Positions 49,491 through 58,114 of a stretch of DNA of 58,114 nucleotides are shown here, piece after piece. The notes beneath the pieces are model-generated. The model was given only the letters and a program-made list of their open reading frames with translations, was not told where the DNA came from and searched no databases. Numbering within the stretch: the stretch's first letter is position 1; every line of letters starts with the position of its first letter. Where the stretch lies: the NCBI RefSeq assembly GCF_001447785.1, contig NW_015169198.1, positions 359,130-417,243 of the forward strand. The letters are read 5' to 3'. The stretch comes from Gekko japonicus (Eukaryota). The position numbers and the translations under genes were made by a program.

Positions 49491-51290
49491 TATGTATCAC
49501 ATTTCAATCCTGGTATTAAAGTCTTTGCCTGTGACTTTATGGATAAAAATGTTTTCAAATTCTAAGAAATTTAGCATTATTACAATGGCGAGAGAAATTC
49601 AACTTCCTTGCAGAAGCAGATTGCTCTTACCTGGGGCATGTAATGTGTTGCCCACCTCTTTCTGCTTTGCTTTCTCAGGTAGAAAAGAAATCAAGAATAA
49701 GCGCAAGAAAACATAAAGTTCTTTTAACAAATGAATGAGGAGATGCCTGCAAGTTTGATCTAAAAATAAGAAATAAACACTTCATGGTTTGTGTTTAACA
49801 ACCCATCTGAAAACAAGATCGCTCTGGAATCAAGATCAGGATGGGCAAGATGGTTTGTCAGTGTTTCATAATAAATTATTCACTGTCTGCCTAGCAACAA
49901 AGTTGTTATTAATGAACAAAGGAAATCTTTAAAATAGAAATTTCATCAGGTAATGGTGTTCTTTTAAAGAAGATACAGATCTAAAGCAGTGGCGAGACTG
50001 GCAGATGTCTACCAGGCCTAGCCTTTTGGGAACAAGAAGACTCTAAGAGATAAAAACCTTGACACAAAACTGAATAAATTAAGTCTACAAATACTTCTAT
50101 TTAGTTTGATGAGGTTGTTTGAGGGCAAAATACTGTTACAGACAAATAATATCTTTGTCATTTGCTCTTCAAAGAGAAAGGGTTTGTTGGACTATAAGTA
50201 CTACCTCATCACTATTTCTGTTTCAAATCCATGAGACCAATATTCTTCAGTATATATCATTTTATATACACATTGGGACTTATCAATTAACATCTAACAC
50301 AGTGCTGAAATGAGGGGTGAATTTTGCACACAAAATTTTGCCCCCCAGCAGGTTAAAAATACTTCTTTGGGTTGGGGAGAAGGAACATATCTCTGTTGTC
50401 AAGGCAACAAGACCAATACTTCCTGACTTACCATGAAGCCAATTGAGCCATTCCAAGGGAATGTCTTTAGTTTTTCCTTAAAGTCCAGCGTGCCTGTCTA
50501 GTTATTCTCCTTAATCCTTCCCCTTCCATATCTTCTACACCTCCATATCAGACTTAAGCTATCCTGCTCAGTCCTGTTTATCTTCTTCTCCTTCCTCTTC
50601 TGGGGTAAAAAATAACATGATAGAAGACTGATGAGCAAAACCCCAGAATTAGTGTGCTCCTTTGTGGTGATTTCTTTGTTTCTTCATCTCACCTTCTATC
50701 TTTGTCTTACAGCTTGCCTTCCATTATACCCGACTATAAAACTCTTTCTCATGAGACAGTAGGCTTATGCATCCGACCATATATTGAAATACCATTACAC
50801 TTCTCATGTTCAAAGTCTGTCGTAAGATGGCAAGAGTTTATCACTGGAGCCTTGACAAAAATGCCCACACTGCATCTTGGGTTTTCTCCCCATAATACCT
50901 GAGTCATCATGAATCAGCACAGTTGTAAACAGGTATTTCAAATATTTTCAGGGATATTTATGTTTGAATTATAGTTTTAACTGTCCATCATTAAACTAGG
51001 ATTTATCAGCTCTAGAGGCTTCTGCAATTTACAAGCAGAGACTTAACTATTTCTACTTTGCAGGGTGGTATCATGGCACAATGTCAGCACAGTAAGTTGC
51101 AGCACTGAAGAAACCCTGAGGATTGTGACAAATGTTGATATATTTCACTAACAACTTCATTCTGTCAGCTAATATTTCAGAATCCTAATTTTATAACTCC
51201 ATACATTTGGAATAATTCTGTACATTCAAAATCCCACTGGTTTCTATAGAAAGGAAATGAAATGAAAATGAAATGAAAATTAACCATATT

Positions 51291-51702
51291 TAGGGCTGCC
51301 AACTCTGGGTTATGAAATTCCTGGATATTTTGGGAGTAGAGCCTAGGAAGGACAAGATGTGGGGAGAGGAAGGATGGGTATAATGCCATAGAAGCCACCC
51401 TTGGAAACGGTAATTTTATCCAGGGGAACTATGGTTGCCAACCTCCTGGTGGTGACTGGAGATCTCCCACTATTACAACTGATCTCCAGGTGACAGAGAT
51501 CAGTTCACCAGGAGAAAATGGCCATTTTGGAAATTGGACTCTGTGGCATTATGCCCCAAACTGTGCCCTCCACAGGCTCCAGACTCTCCAGGTATTTCCC
51601 AACCCAGACCTGGCAACCCTAAGGAGAACTGATCTGTGTCATCTGAAGATCATTTGTAATTCTGAAAGATCACCAGGCCCTATGTGGAGGATGGCAACCC
51701 TA
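51291..51702. mobile_element. hAT MITE with a same-family MITE nested inside (51430-51621)
   Basis: Outer TSD ACCATATT/GCCATATC. Inner TSD AGGGGAAC/AGGAGAAC. The inner copy is inverted. Confidence 0.82.
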
Positions 51703-52630
51703 GCCATATCCCCTAGACAGTCGGCCACCAGAAGTGATAGGAGAAGGAAGCTGAGTGTTCCCTGACGGGTTTTGACCTAAATTTGCCAAGGAAAGGGTGA
51801 GTGAGGTGAGAGCAGAGCCTGTGATGATGTGTGTTTGCACTTATGGAATCCCAGACATGGACAACAGAGACCTCTTTCCCATTGGTCCTTTCCCATTGGA
51901 AGGTGGGCTTAGCTGTTTTATCATCTCGCTGCTATCACCTGTCCATCTGCTCTTAATTAATGCTATGCATGCTGAAACAGTCCCTTTCCATGTCCTTCAT
52001 CCTACATGTGATCCCCACTCTACCCCTCAGCTTCAAATCCAGATTTTGCATTTAGTACACAATGCTGTGCTGCAATATCCTGCTTCAGATAGTTGGAGCA
52101 GGGGAGGTCTTAACCAATGAACAACAGGAACAGCTGCCCTGGGCCCTGTGCTGGGCCCTTCTACTGGTCGCATCTGCCCTATCTGGGGCTGGAGAAGCTG
52201 GCTTCTGGCAGCAGAGGTAGCTCCCACACACTTCAAATGGGCCATTCTTTGTTCAGTCATTGGGGGGAGGTGATTTTGGGGCCCCATTCTGGACTTTTGC
52301 CCTGGGGTTCAGAATCACCAAAACCTCTCCTGAGTTGGAGAGGCTCATTTTGACATTTTTTTTACATTAAATCCTGACATTTCTTCTGCATGAACTTGTA
52401 CATTTCAGAAGTGCACACTGTGCCTTTAAGAAAAGTCTGCTGTAGCTGATCAAAGGTCTATCTTCTCCAGCATCCTGCTCCACAGATGCTCTTGGACAGC
52501 CTGCAAGCAGGGTATGGTGGACAAACCAGCACAAGTATGCATACTCTTCAGAGGTACGTTGTCTCTGAACATTTTGCCTTCTTGTCTAATTGATTGCCTT
52601 TATTTAATGTCGTTTTAGTTCTATCAAATG

Positions 52631-53696
52631 CCATCACTCCTTGGCAAATAGAAGGGGAAGTCATGGAAGCAGTGACAGAATTCACATTCTTGGGATCCAA
52701 GATCACTGCAGACAGTGACTGCAGCCATGAAATTAAAAGACGCCTGCTCCTCAGGAGGAAACCTAGACAGCATAATAAAAAGTAGAGATCACCCTGCCAA
52801 CAAAAATCCGTATGTTCAAAGCAATGGTATTCCCAGCAGTAATATATGGCTGTGAGAGTTAGACCATAAGGAAGGCCGAGTGCCGAAGAATATATGCTTT
52901 TGAATTATGGTGCTGGAGAAGACTCTTGAGAGTCCCTTGCAAGGAGATCAGATCAGTCAATCCTAAAAGAAATCAACTCTGACTGTTTCCTGGAAGGCCA
53001 GATACTGAAGCTGAAGCTCAAATACTTTGGCCACCAAATGAGAAGGGAGCACTCACTGGAGAAGACCTTGATGCTGGGAAAGATTGAAGGTAAAATAAGA
53101 AGGGGACAGCAAAGGATGAGATGGCTAGACAGTGTTATTGATGCAATGAACATGAAGGTCCCGGTCACATGGGAGGATTTGATCTGCAAGAGGGACGGAT
53201 TGGGGGTGCATCAAGCGGGTGCGATCACACTGCAACATCTGGAAAGCGGCGCACACCCATCCCCAATCCGTCCCTTAGGCCCACAAACATGCATCAAAAA
53301 GGTAGTAGCAAAACAGCAGTACCTACTGGATGATGCGGGCCAACGGAGGGTGTCTGGTCAGGGAAGTGCCAATAGGCCGTTGCAGCCAACGCCATTCCCC
53401 ATCCCACACATGCGCACAACCGCGCTACTGCCAGTTTGCTGCACACCGTGTGATCGGCTGCCAAGACACGGAGCACGGAGCCGCGCGGGCACGTCGGATT
53501 GTGCTCCCATGGTTCTTTTTGCTCCGGCTCTGATTTGCATCCCTTCAGCGGCGAATCATCTGGCTCGTGTGACCGGGACCAAAATTAAGCAAACTCCAGA
53601 GCATGACAGAAGACAGGAGGGCCTGGTGTGATGTGGTCCACGGGGTCGTGAAGGGTCGGACTCGACTGTGCAACTGAACAACAACAACAACAACAA
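52631..53696 (+). mobile_element. BovB (RTE) LINE 3' portion
   Basis: WQIEGEVMEAVTEFTFLGSKITADSDCSHEIKRRLLL and SLEKTLMLGKIEGK..RGQQRMRWLD motifs. CTGAA(CAA)n tail. Confidence 0.93.
53157..53580. mobile_element. CpG-rich Harbinger-type MITE inside BovB
   Basis: Perfect 13-bp TIR GGTCCCGGTCACA. Flanks GAA/AAA. Confidence 0.82.
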
Positions 53697-54072
53697 AAAT
53701 TCTACAAACCATTAGCACATAAAGCTACCATATTAATTATTTGTAGGAAGAACTTAATCATTTGGTTAACTTGTCTCTCAGAACATTAATTTTCCATATG
53801 ATAGCCATCTCTGATATCTAAATGTGCTCAGATCTATGAGTCCTCAGTTATTCCTGCCAAAACAATCCCACATGATGAACCAAAGGTCTCTCACCATGAC
53901 TGCATCCACACATCACTGTATACTGACTCTAGCAACCATTTGCAACTGGATTTTCTGGTGTGGACAAGACAATCCATTTATTAATAATGAGTACAATGAA
54001 GCAATAGTGCAATATCCAACACTGTATGGCTGCATCCAGTGTTTCATTTTATTCTTTAGGGAGCAGTCAATG

Positions 54073-54272
54073 TAGGGTTGCCAACTCTGGGCTGGGAAAT
54101 GCCTGGAGATTTTGGGGATGGTGCCTGGGGAGGGCAGAGTTTGGGGAGGGGAGGGACCTCAGCAGGGCATAATGCCATAGAGTCCAGCCTCCAAAGCAGC
54201 TATTTTCTCCCGGGGAACTGATCTTCATCATCTGGAGATCATTTGTAATAGCAAGAGACCTCCAGGTGCCTT
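54073..54272. mobile_element. hAT MITE (TAGGGTTGCCA family), one end lost
   Basis: Matches 33164-33382 along its length. Confidence 0.8.
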
Positions 54273-55529
54273 AATCAGTGTCTTCCACATTTAATGTCTC
54301 CTTCATTCCTCAATGTCTCCTCCCATTTAAAGATTGAAGAAATCACGTATTGGGTCCATTTACATGATCCCCCCTCCTTGTTTTTCAGACCAGGGATTGA
54401 GGGTATGTCACTGATTTGTTTTGAGTCTTCTTCATTTGTTAACTTGTTCCACTGCTCAAGAAAGAGAGCCCATTCTTTCCCCTGCTGAGTTCTGCAGTCC
54501 CCATCCCCCACTGCCTCTCTTTCACATTTGCTGCATTCAGCATTTTCAGGAGCAGTATGTGTTGCTGTTTTCTGTGCATGCTGGCAAATAAACATATGGA
54601 GCGACCCAACAAGCCCATGCTCTTGCTGATTTCTCTGCCTGCTGGGCAACATAATGAATCACAGGATAAACTGCTTGCTTGTGATATTTGAGCTTATATT
54701 TTTATTTTTAAGACGGCAAAATAAAGCAGTAAAAGCCTTGCCAAGAGAGGACTGAAACCCGTCCTAGCCTTATAGTCTGTTCTTTTAGGGAAAGGTGCTT
54801 TAAAAATATTCAGTATTATTGAAAACAGCCATCACTTCCTCCTTGCTGTTTCTCGACAGCTGTCTCCCCACCAGGACTGGGAATTGCACTCCAGAAATTA
54901 ATCAAATGTGCCGGATAAATTTAGAAAAATGTTCCTTTTCAAGTGTTTGTGTGACTCTTGCTTGGATTTTTTCAGTGTTTGGGGAAATAGTCTTTCCTTT
55001 TACCAAACACAGGAAAGCCTATGCTATCTTAATATTTATTTTGAAAGAAACAAATGTAGATCTCCAGTTCCGGGTCAGTTATTATACTGACACTTTGTCT
55101 AAAATGTTGTTTAATCCTTCTCTCCTTTCGATGCTTTGTAAAGATATAAATAGATTAAAAGGGAAGAGAGAGGAAAAGCTGAGGTGAAGAATCTGAGGTG
55201 AGATTGACTTCAACTGATGGAGCAGTTCTTGGAGGGCAGTACCCTACTTTACTGTAAACTGGAGTAATCCAAAGGAAACAGCTTGTGATATAGCAAATAT
55301 AAACCTAGTTGTCTCTATCCCAGAGGGCAATAAAAGAATTACCACTCATTTCATTATGATAGGGTGAAGGTACAAAGCAGACTTTTACCATAAGACCCAT
55401 TAGACAACCCACTTAAGACCATGTACTGTGACAGCATTTTCAGGTAGTCTGGAACTAGGGGTACCACTTATTTCACCTCACACATGTACAGTGGTCAAGT
55501 CTATCATGTCCACATGCAACAATCAGATA

Positions 55530-56221
55530 TTTAATATTTAATTTTAATTTAATATTCAATTTATATACCGCTCTGACCCTGAAGGGTCTCTGAGCAGTTT
55601 ACACACAATTTGATTCCTAACTAGGGCCACAATTATAGAGGGGAGTGATTGCCTACCAGGACCCGGCAGCAGGGCTTGTTGCTATCTGGCTCCCTCCGGT
55701 GGTCTCAGAAGTCAGCGTTCCACCTCCAATGTCCTGGAGCAGATCTCTTTCCAGTCCAGCGGCTTCCTCTGGTGGGTCCATGTCAGCCCGTGTCAGCTGC
55801 AGCTCCGAACAACGTCCTTCCGGCTCTGCCGCACCGTGCCGACACGCCACTGTACTTCAGTGGCTCCACCTTCACCTCCGCCGGATTCCTCCGCTCATGT
55901 TGCGCTCACAGGCCATTCTCCACTCTCACAGGCCACTCTCCACCACTCCATCGCTCTACTGCCGCTCCGCTGCCGCCACTCCATCGCCGTCATTGCCGGT
56001 GCCTCCGCTGCACACCCCACAAGGAGGAGGGTGCCCCCTGCCACCTAGGGGCAGGTACCCATTTATCTACTTGCTGAATATTAATGCTTTTGAACCGCTG
56101 GGTGGGCAGAAGCTGGGACTAGGGCCAGGAGCTCACCTCGGCCGCGGTGGATCTCGAACAGCCGTAGTGGCTGTTAATTGATGTTACGGCAGGCGTTCTT
56201 ACTGCCTGCGCCACCGCTCCC
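55530..56221 (-). mobile_element. Composite SINE copy 3
   Basis: Same head and tail blocks as copies 1 and 2. Confidence 0.85.
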
Positions 56222-56951
56222 TGAGCCAATCACCTGGTCTATTCAGCTAGTGTCAAACAACGGTAGTAGCTACCCAACAAGGTTTGAATCAGGTCCCCCC
56301 CCCAAAAAAAAATCTGTGCACGTGCAAAATGCTGCTAATCCAAGTAGACAGGCAGCCATTAACATCTCTGAGGACTACTTAGGAAACCATCAAAGGATAG
56401 GTTTATGTTTTAAACACAGCATACATTAACGGGTATATGCCTGTAACTGATACAACTATCTATGGCTGCATCTACACAGTTAGCTAGCATTTCCTCTGTG
56501 TTTCCTCCCTGCCATACCATTGGAGGGATTTTTGAATTTTTTAATTTTAAATCAGTAATCGCTATAGCACAATTGTGCACTGACATTTTAAAGATCTATT
56601 GTTATGAAGTCCCTGTTTTTATTATTTATTTATCTATTTTAAAGTATTTAGTTCTTTTTTGTTGCTGAGTTCTAAGGGAAAGGTGCAGGATGCACCTTTC
56701 CCACTATAACTTTTTAAGGAACAGGACTAGAGACTTTATTTAAAAAATGAAAGCTGGGACTTCAGAGATGTCAATGGCCTTGGAAGGGTGTAATTATGCT
56801 TCAGATGGCACCATACATCTCCTTTCAATTGCACAAGTAACACTTGTGCCCATCTAAAACTGATGCCAATTCCCCTATTCTGCTGCAGAATCCCTGCAGA
56901 AACCTAAGGTTTCAGTGATCCTTCCACAGAAAATGCATTTTGCAGAGCATA

Positions 56952-57317
56952 GAAAGCTGCACCTGAAAGGGGAGGGAAATTTCCCTTCAGTGAGTGCTAC
57001 TTGTGGGGCTCAGGATCTAATCTGAGAAAATGCATGACATAGAAAAAGGTAGAGTGTACCTTAGTTTCAAAATAAGCAGTACTGAACTCAATGGAATAGA
57101 GGTATAGAACTCATTTGTTATGATTGCCGGATCTGAAAGCTGCACCTGAAAGGGGAGGGAAATTTCCCTTCAGTGAGTGCTACTTGTGGGGCTCAGGATC
57201 TAATCTGAGAAAATGCATGACATAGAAAAAGGTAGAGTGTACCTTAGTTTCAAAATAAGCAGTACTGAACTCAATGGAATAGAGGTATAGAACTCATTTG
57301 TTATGATTGCCGGATCT
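56952..57317. repeat. Apparently perfect 183-bp tandem duplication
   Basis: 56952-57134 matches 57135-57317. Confidence 0.92.
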
Positions 57318-57371
57318 GACATAAATATTACTTTGTCGGGCCGGGCCATGTGTGCCATAAAATGTAACACA

Positions 57372-58114
57372 AGGGATGAAGACAAAGTGGAATTACTCAA
57401 CTCTCACTTTGCGTCCGTTTTTAACCATAAGGTGAGCTGTATGCAAACTGAGGAATGCAGGGCATATGAAGGAAGGAGGAACTGCCGGTACTTGTAGATG
57501 TCCTGGAGTACTGGTGTTGTGCCGGAAGACTGGAGAAGAGCGAATGTTGTCCCGATCTTCAAGAAGGGAAAAAAGACGGACCCAGGAAATTACAGGCATG
57601 TCAGTTTGACATCAATACCTGGAAAAATTCTAGAGCAGATTATTAAATGCTCTGTCTGTGAGTACCTTGAACAGAATGAGTTAATTGGTAGTAGCCAGCA
57701 TGAGTTTATCAAGAATAAGTCATGCCAAACCAACCTTATCTCCTTTTTTGACAAAGTTACTAAAATGGTTGACTCTGNNNNNNNNNNNNNNNNNNNNNNN
57801 NNNNNNNNNNNNNNNNNNNNNNNNNNNNNNNNNNNNNNNNNNNNNNNNNNNNNNNNNNNNNNNNNNNNNNNNNNNNNNNNNNNNNNNNNNNNNNNNNNNN
57901 NNNNNNNNNNNNNNNNNCTTGAGGATAAGCTGGTTACGTGTGGGCTGGATGGTGAAACTGTTCGATAGATTCATGGTTGGTTGAACAATCGTACCCAATG
58001 AGTGCTCGTAAATGGCTCTGTGTCTACCTGGAGCGAAGTCTTGAGTGGAGTGCCACAAGGCTTGGTCCTAGGCCCAGTGTTGTTCAATGTTTTTATAAAT
58101 GACCTGGAGGAAGA
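57372..58114 (+). mobile_element. CR1 LINE ORF2 (RT) fragment
   Basis: VPEDWRRANVVPIFKKGKKTDPGNYR.VSLTSIPGKILEQII, KSCQTNLISFFD and [19 protein letters not shown]. Preceded by a hAT end fragment at about 57285-57368. Confidence 0.95.

Noticed and set aside
53038-53631. 197-aa ORF as a novel fusion protein
   Set aside because: It is the BovB C-terminus reading by chance into an inserted MITE.
54275-54652. 125-aa minus-strand ORF, plus isolated strong minus-strand splice donors (44437, 45619, 49632, 50433)
   Set aside because: No homology recognised, acceptors are weak, and such signals are expected by chance.

Overview
Repeat-dense eukaryotic (vertebrate) non-coding DNA, very likely a squamate and probably a gecko, judged from the SINE/LINE/MITE complement (Squam3-like, Squam2-like and Sauria-like SINEs, BovB/RTE, CR1, L2, L1, Penelope-like, hAT and Harbinger MITEs). 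There are four N gaps. No intact host gene could be identified: the ORFs with recognisable products are decayed L1, L2, CR1 and BovB retrotransposon frames, and the rest look like chance ORFs. The most striking unexplained structure is a 650-730 bp composite SINE present three times (7118-7848, 21131-21777, 55530-56221, all minus strand). It has a Sauria-like tRNA-derived head with compensatory hairpin changes, a highly divergent CpG-rich body, and an L2-type 3' stem-loop tail. Also notable: an internally deleted L1 with both ends and a TSD, an ORF1-only (HAL1-like) L1, two solo LTRs with TSDs, a Helitron-like end, a decayed hammerhead-like motif, and a possible decayed Ser/Thr-rich exon. Family names come from recalled consensus features, not a database search.
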